From Candidatus Termititenax persephonae (GTDB taxonomy: Bacteria > Margulisbacteria > Termititenacia > Termititenacales > Termititenacaceae), in contig BGZO01000005.1 in NCBI GenBank assembly GCA_003864475.1, positions 1-52,763 of the forward strand: 52,763 bases of DNA. Direction: 5' to 3'. The position numbers and the translations under genes were made by a program. Each line of letters starts with the position of its first letter. Position 1 is the first letter of the stretch. This document shows, in pieces, positions 8,609 through 18,500 of this stretch. The notes beneath the pieces are model-generated. The model worked only from the letters and a program-made list of their open reading frames with translations, ran no database searches and was not told the origin of the DNA.

Positions 8609-10925
8609 TTTCTTCGCCATGATAAATCTGGCCGTCCACTAAAACTTTACGGTACGGCACAGGCACTACCCAAGCGATGCGGCGCGGGCGGCGCGTGAAT
8701 CTGGGTTGCAGCGTCAATGTCGCGCCCCGGGCGGAGCTGGCGATGGTGTAATTGAGTTCGCCAAAATAAGTTGCCGCCTTGCTGACCGAGATTTTTTCGC
8801 CTTTGTACCATCTGGCCGGGACGACTGGCGTGATGAGCAAATCGTTGTTTTCCTCCAGATAGAGCATGTTGCGGACGAGCAGGCAAAAATCCGCCGCCGC
8901 CCAGCCGTGATGCCCGTCGCCGATGGTACCACCGAGCGTGCGCGGGTGTATCGCTTCCGGCCAGCACCAAGTCGGGGAGGCGACTTTGAGCAGCCAGCCG
9001 AGAATCTCCAGAGCCTTGGCGGAACGCTGCCCGATATAGCACTGGGCGATGTGCATGGTCAGGTATGTGCCGTAGCCGGAATGGTTAACGTCGTGGAAAA
9101 AACCGCCGCGGATAAAACATTTTTCCTGCAAGTATTTTACGGTATTGACCAGCCGCTGGTCGTCAGCGGCGTAGACACGGCAGGGATAATAAGCGGACAG
9201 ACAGCCGACGGCCGCCGAATCCATGCGGCGGCTGGGCGAGATGGGCATGATAGGCTGACCGAGATGCGCCTCGGCATAGAGCAGCGAGGTGTTCACCGCG
9301 TTTTGCAGTTTGGCCAGGCCGCGGCTCAAGCTGCTGCCTTTTTTCTGTAACTCCTCGCAGGCCTGCACGGCGGATTGCAGACCCGCCAAGGACCAAAAAT
9401 CATCCCAGTAATAATAATCATTGAGGCCGAAATGTTCAGCGGACAAGCCCGGCGGCATGATGTTGCGGTAGCCGGGGTGGAGATTGAGATTGGTCTGTGC
9501 CTTGCCGATAATCCACTGGGCGCCGCGCTTGATGATATCGTAGTTTTCTTTTAAAAAATCTTTGTCGCCAGTCAGGCGGTAATGCTCCATCAGCGTCCAG
9601 ATTGCCTGCCCGTTGGAGTCCCACTCGCCCTGCTGAGAGTGAAATAAGCCGCTGGCGAGAATTCTTTTGCGGAAAGTGTTGAGGACATTGCGGGTCTCTT
9701 GATGAAAGCCCAGCTTGTCCAAACCGTTGAGCAGGTATGTCGCATCGCGAAACCAAAACTCGTGATAGGTAGAAGGTCCCGGCGTGATGTAGGTGTTGTC
9801 GTAGAACATCAGCATGAAAGCCTTGTTGGCCTCAAAGCAGTCTTGGATTTTGGCATCCGGCACGGCGATACGCAGTCCGCTTTGCATTTTCTTTTGCCAA
9901 TTGCCGAGATGTTCTTGGAGCAGAGCAGCATAATTGCCCTGCCGCACCTGTTCGCTGTAAGCCGCCGAGAATTTTTTCTGGCGCAGTTTTTGGACAATCT
10001 TTTTATCCACGGGCAGGCGGGCTTCAAAGGCCGCGCTCTTGCCCGGCGGCAGTGTAACATGATAAACGCAGAGGCCTGTCGCCATGCCGACGCGCGACTT
10101 GCGGTAGTCCGTGATTTTGCCGTTGCTCTTCGCCTCGTCAAAAAACAATTTCACGTCGCCGCGCGACAGGCTGGAAGTCGTAGTGCCATTGGGGATTTGC
10201 AAAATAACCGCCGCCAAAGAGCCGTTGATGTAGACATCGCCGTTATCGCGGAAATCCAGCGTTCTAATCAAGGCAATGCCGTCATTGTTGTAAGGACGGA
10301 AAGCCCAGCTGAAACAAAAACTCTGCGTGGTCTTGGTCAGATTCTTCAGCTCGGTTCTTTGGTAGGCGACGGTTTTGAGGTCGCCAAAATCCTTGGCGAA
10401 AACCGTGCTGGTCATTTGGATTTTTTTCTCATAGGCCGTGGTGGTTACCACTATCGGCAAATTGTGCAGGAGGGTTTGCTCGCAATGCTCTTCTTGCGCC
10501 GGCGAGTACACTTTGTCGCCGATTTGCAGCCAAGTGTCCAATGACCAGCTGTTGAAATACGGCGTGGTCAGGCCGCGCGGGTCTATCGTGGCTTCGTATT
10601 CGGAATCAAGGTCGCCAATGCCTGTCCAGTTGCGGTAATTGGTGTTGATGGACGCGGGATTGAAACCGCGCGCCGAGAAGCCCTCGGAGGTCGCGTAAAA
10701 CTGCTTGACCATCCAGTACGGCCAAATCCAATCAAGATTGGTGGACACGACGAAGCGCGTAAAAAGTCCGCGCACAATATTTAAGATATTGAAGTCCATG
10801 AGGACTTTGGGAATCGGCTCGCCGGACGAATAGCCGATGGAAAGAAACGCGAAGACATAATCAGAAATAAACCCTAAACCAACCAAATACAAAGCCTTGG
10901 CGATGAGAAATTCTTTGACGCGCAT
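8565..10925 (-). CDS. Putative (alpha/alpha)6-barrel glycoside hydrolase (GH15/six-hairpin-like)
   Basis: YHEFWFRDA, GEWDSNGQAIW, HYRLTGDKDFL, YWDDFWSLAGL, WPEA and GDGHHGWAAA motifs typical of six-hairpin glycosidases; exact family not assignable by eye. Confidence 0.7.
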   Translation of the reverse strand: MRVKEFLIAKALYLVGLGFISDYVFAFLSIGYSSGEPIPKVLMDFNILNIVRGLFTRFVVSTNLDWIWPYWMVKQFYATSEGFSARGFNPASINTNYRNWTGIGDLDSEYEATIDPRGLTTPYFNSWSLDTWLQIGDKVYSPAQEEHCEQTLLHNLPIVVTTTAYEKKIQMTSTVFAKDFGDLKTVAYQRTELKNLTKTTQSFCFSWAFRPYNNDGIALIRTLDFRDNGDVYINGSLAAVILQIPNGTTTSSLSRGDVKLFFDEAKSNGKITDYRKSRVGMATGLCVYHVTLPPGKSAAFEARLPVDKKIVQKLRQKKFSAAYSEQVRQGNYAALLQEHLGNWQKKMQSGLRIAVPDAKIQDCFEANKAFMLMFYDNTYITPGPSTYHEFWFRDATYLLNGLDKLGFHQETRNVLNTFRKRILASGLFHSQQGEWDSNGQAIWTLMEHYRLTGDKDFLKENYDIIKRGAQWIIGKAQTNLNLHPGYRNIMPPGLSAEHFGLNDYYYWDDFWSLAGLQSAVQACEELQKKGSSLSRGLAKLQNAVNTSLLYAEAHLGQPIMPISPSRRMDSAAVGCLSAYYPCRVYAADDQRLVNTVKYLQEKCFIRGGFFHDVNHSGYGTYLTMHIAQCYIGQRSAKALEILGWLLKVASPTWCWPEAIHPRTLGGTIGDGHHGWAAADFCLLVRNMLYLEENNDLLITPVVPARWYKGEKISVSKAATYFGELNYTIASSARGATLTLQPRFTRRPRRIAWVVPVPYRKVLVDGQIYHGEEISVPARTKQIQIFY

Positions 10926-10982
10926 TTTACCCCCTAAACAAAAAACGAATGGAATTAGTATAACAGATTTTTTGCTTTTTTT

Positions 10983-12194
10983 TTACAGATTTTTAATTAT
11001 CGCCTCCGCAAACTCGCGAGTGCCGACTTTGGTCGCGCCATTCATCTGGCGTTCCAAATCATAAGTAACGATTTTCTGCTGAATGGTTTTGGCGAGCGCA
11101 TCGGTGATTAATTGTCCGGCGGACCGCCAGCCAAGATAATCGAACAACATCACGCCGGAAAGAATAACCGAGCCGGGGTTGGCCATGTTTTTGTTAGCGT
11201 ATTTTGGCGCGGTGCCGTGCGTCGCCTCAAAGACCGCCACGTGGTCGCTGATGTTTGCGCCGGGGGCGAGTCCCAGCCCGCCGACCTGCGCCGCGCAGGC
11301 ATCGGAGATGTAGTCGCCATTGAGATTGGGCGTGGCTATCACGGAGTACTCGGTCGGGCGCAATAGTACCTGCTGAAACATCGAGTCGGCCAGCCTGTCC
11401 TTGATGAGAATCTTGCCGTCAGGGATTTTGCCGCCGTATTTTTCCGCCACTTCCTGCTCGCTGACGGTGGTTTCAGGAAAATACTCCCGGGCGGTCTGAT
11501 ACCCCCATTCCTTAAACGACCCTTCCGTGTACTTCATAATATTGCCTTTGTGCATCAGCGTTACGGATGGCTTGTGCTGACGGATGGCGTACTCGATGGC
11601 TTTTTTGACCAAACGTTGTGTGCCAAAGGCGGAGACAGGCTTGATGCCAATGCCGGAGCCGGGACGGATATTGGCTCCCAATTCTTGCCGTAAAAATTCG
11701 ATTACTTTGTCCGCTTCCGGTGTGCCGGATTTCCACTCAATGCCCGAGTATACATCCTCGGTATTCTCGCGAAAAATTATCAGGTCAATGTCCTGCGGGC
11801 GTTTGACTGGCGAGACTACCCCCTCAAAATAACGCACCGGGCGCACGCAGGCGTAGAGGTCAAGCTCTTGGCGGATGGTAACATTGAGGGAACGGATGCC
11901 GCCGCCGATAGGCGTGGTCAGCGGCCCCTTGATGGCTACGACATGTTCCTTGATGGCTTCGAGAGTGGCCGCGGGCAGCCATTCTTGGTGCCGGGCGAAG
12001 GCCGCCTCGCCCGCCAAGACTTCCAGCCACTCGATGCTTTTTTGACCGCCAAAGGCTTGGGCGACTGCCGCGTCCAGCACGAGCCGCATAGCCCGCATCA
12101 CGTCCGGGCCGATGCCGTCGCCCATGATGACCGGGATGATTGGCTGATTCGGCACATTTAGCTGGTCATTTTGAATAGTTATTTTGTTTCCCAT
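10983..12194 (-). CDS. icd: NADP-dependent isocitrate dehydrogenase
   Basis: [64 protein letters not shown]. Start moved to MGNKITIQ (12194). Confidence 0.96.
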   Translation of the reverse strand: MGNKITIQNDQLNVPNQPIIPVIMGDGIGPDVMRAMRLVLDAAVAQAFGGQKSIEWLEVLAGEAAFARHQEWLPAATLEAIKEHVVAIKGPLTTPIGGGIRSLNVTIRQELDLYACVRPVRYFEGVVSPVKRPQDIDLIIFRENTEDVYSGIEWKSGTPEADKVIEFLRQELGANIRPGSGIGIKPVSAFGTQRLVKKAIEYAIRQHKPSVTLMHKGNIMKYTEGSFKEWGYQTAREYFPETTVSEQEVAEKYGGKIPDGKILIKDRLADSMFQQVLLRPTEYSVIATPNLNGDYISDACAAQVGGLGLAPGANISDHVAVFEATHGTAPKYANKNMANPGSVILSGVMLFDYLGWRSAGQLITDALAKTIQQKIVTYDLERQMNGATKVGTREFAEAIIKNL

Positions 12195-12291
12195 GGGGCA
12201 GAATAATAACAGGAATAGGAGAAATAGAAAAGTAAGTTTCCGGCCAATATTCCAAATATGCCAAATTTCCCTGCTGTTCGGATGTTTTTTT

Positions 12292-12319
12292 TGCAACAAT
12301 TTTCCGAAACTGACGATAA
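12292..12319 (+). promoter_or_regulatory. sigma28-like promoter motif
   Basis: TGCAA-N17-CGATAA upstream of the MerR/surface-protein operon; the motif recurs at four other sites. Confidence 0.5.
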
Positions 12320-12508
12320 CTATTAAGCAGAAATAAAGAAAAGCGAGTGAAAATGAAGGAGAAAGTGAGGAAAAATAGCGTAACTGCGCCAAAAACACGC
12401 TAGGAATAGCGGTGGACATGCTTTTTCTGAAAAAAAAGCACTTGCTTTTGTTAAAAAAGAGTTGTTACAATGGCTATCCTCAAAAGCTAAGAGTTGTACT
12501 TTTAGGTT

Positions 12509-12799
12509 TTGAGTAAGTGGGGGGAGAAAGAGGCAAAAAAAGCCGTGCGACCCTTGCCGACTAAAGATAAATTATTAAAAGCTGGCGAGCTGGCCAAATT
12601 GGCTGGTGTGCTGGTTTCAACAGTCCGTTTTTACACCAAGCTGGGTATGCTCTCCGCAGACGGCTACACCCCGGGCAAGTACAATCTTTACGCGCGCGAC
12701 AAGGCGCTCAAACGCTTGCAACGTATCGAGGGCCTGAAGAGACGAAGGCTTACTCTGGACGAGATTGTTGCCACGCTCGGTGTGAGGGAAGTCCGATGA
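12509..12799 (+). CDS. MerR-family HTH protein (DNA-binding domain only)
   Basis: LKAGELAKLAGVLVSTVRFYTKLGML...LQRIEGLKRRRLTLDEI; stop overlaps the next start (ATGA). Confidence 0.8.
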   Translation: MSKWGEKEAKKAVRPLPTKDKLLKAGELAKLAGVLVSTVRFYTKLGMLSADGYTPGKYNLYARDKALKRLQRIEGLKRRRLTLDEIVATLGVREVR

Positions 12800-15501
12800 G
12801 AAAATTTTGGGGCCATATTATTTTGCTCACGGCATTGCTTGTTCCAGCCTTGGCTTTTGAGTCTGGCGGCGCGAACAAAGTGTTTGCTACCTATAATATT
12901 TCCGGAGACAATGCTGTTTATACGAAAGACAGCAATAAAATCAACACGGCAACCTTAAAAATCGGGGCGCTGGCCGTCTCGCAAGGGTATCTTGGGCAGG
13001 GCGGCAGGGTAACGGTTACTTATACAGTGGAAAACACGGGGACTTTGGGAACAGCCAATATCACGTCTGGACTGAATTTCTTTAAATCAAGCTTGGGTGG
13101 CACGCTGGAAAACGCTAAGTTTACGGTAACACGCCTTGCGCCGTCGACTGCCACATATGCTCTGACGGGCGGGGCTTCCATACAAAATGTCTTTTTGGTG
13201 GAGGTCAAGGACGCTGCTCCGGGAGATGTTTATGTGGTGGACGGTACGCTAAGCAATGGCACTGTGGCGGACGGTTATTGGGCGGAGGCCAATATTTTAA
13301 GCGGCGTTCGTCAGCCCGGCGCGGCGGGAACTTCCAGCCTGTCTATTGTCCGGGGAGCTGTAACGATTAACAGCGGTATTGCTGGCCTGCCGGAATACAC
13401 AAACGCCCAGAATGTCGGTTTGACTATTGATTTTCTTACTGGCGGGACGGTTCTTAGCGGTGTGCAGATGGATATTAGCAATGACGGTATTAATTATTCC
13501 AGTAAAGTTCCGCTCGCTTCTGCTTATTCTTGGTCATTATCCTCCGGGGACGGCAAGAAAACAGTATACGTGCGTTTTAGCGACGCGTCCGGACGGGTTT
13601 TGGCTGTGGCTACCGACAATATATTCTTAGACGTTACTAATCCTAGTACGGTGGCCGCTCAGGGCATCACAACCGGAAATGTAACAAACAAAACGTTCAC
13701 TTGGCCGGCGGCCACGGACCCTACAGTAGGCGGCGTGGCCTCGGGCGTAACGACTTACAATATATATTGGGGTACTCTCAGCGGCGGTACGACTGCGATG
13801 ACCTCGGTGGCGGCGCAAAATCGGACTTACACGGCCACCAATATTTATCCTGACGGCACGTATTATCTGCGTATTCAGACGGTGGACGCGGTGGGCAATG
13901 CGAGCGGCTGGCAGACAGTTCACACCTATGTGCTGGACAGCACGGCTCCTGTCGGCAGTCTGGCCATCAACGCGGGAGCGGAATGGACGAGCCAGAATAA
14001 TGTTACGCTGACTTTGGATTTTTCCAGTGATGTAACGCTCATGACTATTATCACGAGCGGCGGGTCCCTGAGCGGCCAGCTAGCCGTGCCGACAAACAAG
14101 ACAATGGCATTTGCCCTGCTGGGCAGTGATGGCGAAAAGACTGTAACGATTACTTACTATGACATGGCCGGAAACGCCTCCGCTCCTGTCGTGGACACAA
14201 TCAAGCTGGACAAGACCAGCCCCGGGACGGTACCCGCCGGAGGGGTCTTGCCGCCGTCTGCCAATCTGACCCCGGTTTTAGGCTGGTCCCCGGCCACAGA
14301 TTCTGTGGTGGGCGGTGTGGCCTCAGGCGTGTCGACTTACAATATATATTGGGGCAATGCCACAAATGGTACGACGGTGGTGGCCTCGGTGCCAGCGGCG
14401 GTTAATGTTTACAATCCAAGCATAACCGGGGTTCAAGAGGCAACATATAACCTGCGGGTGCAGGCGGTGGACACGGTTGGCAATGTTGGCAATTGGCAGA
14501 CGGTCTGGGTGTATCCTTTTGATGATAATCCGCCGACCGGGAGAGTAACCATCAATGCCGGGGCGGAGTGGACGAGTCAGAATAATGTCGTGCTGACACT
14601 GGACTTTTCCGCGGATGTGGTGTCGATGAGTGTGAACGGTGGCGGTATTACGGCGGTTCCGCCCGGCAAGACAATGGATTTTACTTTGGCTGGTGGCGAT
14701 GGGGAGAAAGTCGTAACGATTGTTTACTATGACACGGCGGGCAACGCCTCTGCTCCAGCCGTAGACACTATCAAGCTGGATACAACTCTGCCGGATACGG
14801 TATCCGACCGCGATACCATAACCAGCAATATGAAAGAACCAGAGTTTACTTGGTCGGCGGCCAACGACCCGCTGGCTGGCGGTTCCCCGGTGGCCTCTGG
14901 CGTGACGGCCTACAATATCTATTGGGGCAGCGACGTGAACGGCGGGACCGTGGTTGCTTCGGTATCGTCGCAAAATCGGATTTACAAAGTGGCTCCGCCT
15001 ATCTCTACCGATGGCACATATTATTTGCGCCTGCGGACGGTAGACGCGGCGGGCAATATGAGCGCTTGGCAGACGGTGTATACCTATATACTCGACAGCA
15101 CGGCGCCGACCGGGGGAGTAACCATCAATGCCGGGGCGGAGTGGACGAGCCAAAATAATGTCGTGCTGACACTGGACTTTTCCGTTGACGCGGTGTCGAT
15201 GAATGTGAGCGGCGGGTCTCCCAGCGGCTTGATGGCAGTTCCGCCGAGCAAGACCATGCCATTTACCTTAGCGGGGGACGATGGCCTGAAGACAGTCAGG
15301 GTTGTCTATTACGATGCGGTGGGCAATGCTTCCTCCCCCGTAGAGGATGATATTAAATTGGATAAGACTCCGCCAGGGACGGTGGCCGACCACGGCATTA
15401 TAACCAGTAATGCGACAGGTTATACATTTGTTTGGTCGGAAGCCATTGATTCTCCGACGAATGGTGTGGCCTCGGGCGTAACGACTTACAATATTTATTG
15501 A
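12796..15501 (+). CDS. Giant Ig-like/FN3-like repeat surface protein, N-terminal part (ends at an in-frame TGA at a conserved Trp)
   Basis: Signal peptide MRKFWGHIILLTALLVPALA; alternating INAGAEWTSQNNV...DTIKLD and GVASGVTTYNIYWG...YLRIQTVDAVGN units. Confidence 0.85.
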   Translation: MRKFWGHIILLTALLVPALAFESGGANKVFATYNISGDNAVYTKDSNKINTATLKIGALAVSQGYLGQGGRVTVTYTVENTGTLGTANITSGLNFFKSSLGGTLENAKFTVTRLAPSTATYALTGGASIQNVFLVEVKDAAPGDVYVVDGTLSNGTVADGYWAEANILSGVRQPGAAGTSSLSIVRGAVTINSGIAGLPEYTNAQNVGLTIDFLTGGTVLSGVQMDISNDGINYSSKVPLASAYSWSLSSGDGKKTVYVRFSDASGRVLAVATDNIFLDVTNPSTVAAQGITTGNVTNKTFTWPAATDPTVGGVASGVTTYNIYWGTLSGGTTAMTSVAAQNRTYTATNIYPDGTYYLRIQTVDAVGNASGWQTVHTYVLDSTAPVGSLAINAGAEWTSQNNVTLTLDFSSDVTLMTIITSGGSLSGQLAVPTNKTMAFALLGSDGEKTVTITYYDMAGNASAPVVDTIKLDKTSPGTVPAGGVLPPSANLTPVLGWSPATDSVVGGVASGVSTYNIYWGNATNGTTVVASVPAAVNVYNPSITGVQEATYNLRVQAVDTVGNVGNWQTVWVYPFDDNPPTGRVTINAGAEWTSQNNVVLTLDFSADVVSMSVNGGGITAVPPGKTMDFTLAGGDGEKVVTIVYYDTAGNASAPAVDTIKLDTTLPDTVSDRDTITSNMKEPEFTWSAANDPLAGGSPVASGVTAYNIYWGSDVNGGTVVASVSSQNRIYKVAPPISTDGTYYLRLRTVDAAGNMSAWQTVYTYILDSTAPTGGVTINAGAEWTSQNNVVLTLDFSVDAVSMNVSGGSPSGLMAVPPSKTMPFTLAGDDGLKTVRVVYYDAVGNASSPVEDDIKLDKTPPGTVADHGIITSNATGYTFVWSEAIDSPTNGVASGVTTYNIY

Positions 15502-15519
15502 GGTGATAACGTAAACGGT

Positions 15520-18500
15520 GTGGGGACAGAGGTGCGCGCCTCGGCCAATCGAAATTATTCTGTGGCGGTCATCTCTCCCGATGGCACATATTATCTGCGT
15601 ATCCAGACGGTGGACGCGGTGGGCAATACGAGCGCTTGGCAGACGGTGTACACCTATGTCCTCGACAGTACTATCCCGACCGGGAGCGTAACCATCAACG
15701 CTGGGGCAGAATGGACGAGCCAGAATAGTGTTACGCTGACTCTGGACTTTTCCGCTGATGTGGTGTCGATGAATGTGGACGGCGGGACACCGAGCGGTAT
15801 TATGGCAGTTCCGCTGAGCAAGACTATGCTGTTTACCTTGGCGGGAGACGATGGGGAGAAGACCGTTACGGTTACTTACTATGACGCGGCGGGTAATACC
15901 GCCAATCCTGTCGTGGACACTATCAAACTGGACAAGACTAGGCCGGGAATGGTGGAGGCGGGCGGGATTTTGCCGCCCTCTACTAATCCGACCCCGGCCT
16001 TGAGCTGGACGGTAACAGAACCACTCGACCCGCTGGCAGGCGGCGTGGCCTCTGGCGTAACGACTTACAATATTTACTGGGGCGACGCTGAGGACGGCAC
16101 GGCAATAACCGCCGTCAGGTCGTCGCCGAATGTTACTTATAATCCGACCATCTCTGGTGGACAGGAGACGACGTTTAACTTGCGGGTACAGGTGGTGGAC
16201 GCGCTGGGCAATGCGGGCGATTGGCGGACGGTCTGGGTCTATCCTTTTGACGATAAACCGCCGACCGGGAGCGTGTCGATTAACGTGGGCTTCAATGAGT
16301 CATTTACGAATAGCAGTTTGGTTACTTTGAATCTGGCTTACTCGGCGGATGTGGTATCTATGAATATCGCAGACGATGACGGGCAGGTCTCCGCGAACTT
16401 GGTGCCGAATGCGGTTTACCTGTGGAATTTCCAAGCGGATGGAGAAAAAATAATAACCGTTATTTTCTCTGACGCGGCGGGCAATAGTTTTACCGCGACG
16501 GACAGCATCAAGGTTGATGCTTATCCACCCAATTTAGATGCGGCCTACTATATAGATTCCACCGCCCCGACGCAGAATTTTGCGCTGGCTCTGGAATTCT
16601 CGGAAGAGATGCTTGATACAGCTGTTCCGCTATTTTCCTTTGACGCGGCGGGCGGAGTGGGGCTTGACGCGGCCAGCGCGTGGAATGCTGTCAGCCTTAA
16701 TTTTTATGATTTGCTCCTTGACGTAAGCGGTGCGACGGGCTGGGTAACGGTTAATCTGACTGGCGGAGCCAAGGATTTGGCAGGCAACGCGGCGGTGCCG
16801 AGTCCCCATTTTGCGGTCTTCTATATTGATGCTATTGCGCCGAGCGGCGGGGTGGTCATCAATTATGGCGAGGCTTTGACTGGCAACCCGGAAGTCATCA
16901 TCCTGCTTGACCCGCGCGACGACCATTCCTTGCCTGGCGAGATGTTCTTTATGCTTGTTACGCCGGATTCGGAGGTGTCCGATAATGCCGGGATTACGGT
17001 CAATGAATGGTTGCCCTATCAGCCGACTTTTTCGGTCAATCTTGAGGAAACACTTGGCACGAAAAATATTGCCGTACGCTTCAAGGACAAAGGGGGCAAT
17101 GAGAGCGGCCTGATTACGGCGAGCATTGTTTTGGATGACAGCGCGGTGCTTTGGTTGCTTCCGACATTTAATGTCGTGCTGGACGGCAATGCTGTCCGCG
17201 TGGTCAGCAGTAATGCTGATACGGAATTCCGTTTCAAGTCGCCGTATGCCTCAGGCGGGGCGGATTTTTATGTGAGCGTCAATGGCCTCTTGCACTTGAT
17301 TACCGCCAATATTCCGCCCGACCAATCTGGAGTTTACACTTACGCTTGGGCTACTTTGCCGCTGGTGAGTTCAGGTTCGACGGCGGCAGTGGAGTTCTAT
17401 GCCGCGGTTACTAAAGACGGCCAGTCCGTCCTGTGTGATAACCCCCTGACGGTGGGCGTGGACAAGGCCGCGCCGTCCGTAACCATCAATGTTCCCAATT
17501 CGCTGGCGATTAATTACGTGCCTACAGGCAGTGTGATTATTTCCGGCACGGCGACGGACAATGAGCAAATCACGGCAGTGGATTATGTGCAGGTGGATAT
17601 TTATCAGCCAGACGGCACCTTGGCTCATTCGGCTAAAGTGCCGTCAGCCTCTTTTGCCGACGAGGTTTGGGAATATACAGGCTGGACTATTCCTGCCCTG
17701 CCGAGCATTAACGCCACTTACAATATCGAGGCGCGGGCTTATGATTTGCTGGGCAATGTTTCGCTGGTGGCTACGTCCAGCGTGGTCAAGACGGATTTGT
17801 ATACCCGGATTTACCTTGATTCGCCGCCGACCGCCGCCGTGTCTCCGCGGGTCTGGTTGAGCAATCCTATCGTGGCCTCCGGTACGGTGGAGACCTTTGT
17901 CGAACTGGACCGCCTAGAGGTTACGTTCAACAATAGTATTTTCGGCAATACAGTCGGCACGGACAATTGGACGGTATCAATCAATCCGTCCGCCAGTGAT
18001 TTTACCCAGTGGACTGAAAATCTCAATCCGTCGACTTTGACTTTGAGCGCGGTTTCCATAGACAACCCGCCGAAAATCAGTAGCCAAGTTTTCCAATTTT
18101 GGCTGGACGGTGTGCCGCCGAATCTCGTAACTATTAATGTTACGCCAAATTATCATACGGCGGGGACGCTGAATATCACCGGTAATTTTGCGGATGCGCA
18201 CTCCGGTGTGTCGGCTGTGCTGGTCAGCGTGAACAATGCCACGACGACTATCAGCAGTGCGGCGAATTTTGCCTATGTGGTTAATCTGTCAGCGGCTGTG
18301 CCGGAAATGCTGATTGACTTCCGCGCCCTCGACAGCGCTTATCCGACACCCAATGAGTCCGCTTGGCTGACCTACAAGCTGGTTTATGACGAGGTGTTAC
18401 TGCCGACGGCTATGATAACCAGTCCCGTCTCCGGCTCTTATGTCAATAACGTCATGACGGTAACTGGTACGGCCGCGGTCAAAGACGGAAGCTCGGTCGC

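Noticed and set aside
12195-12419. 75 aa N-terminal extension of icd in the ORF track
   Set aside because: Homology starts at MGNKITIQ; the extension is AT-rich intergenic sequence containing divergent promoter motifs.
15499-15501. Genome-wide TGA=Trp recoding or selenocysteine
   Set aside because: trpS, murD, ftsW, manC and others end in TGA at expected positions, Trp is TGG elsewhere, and the site is a structural Trp rather than a Cys position.
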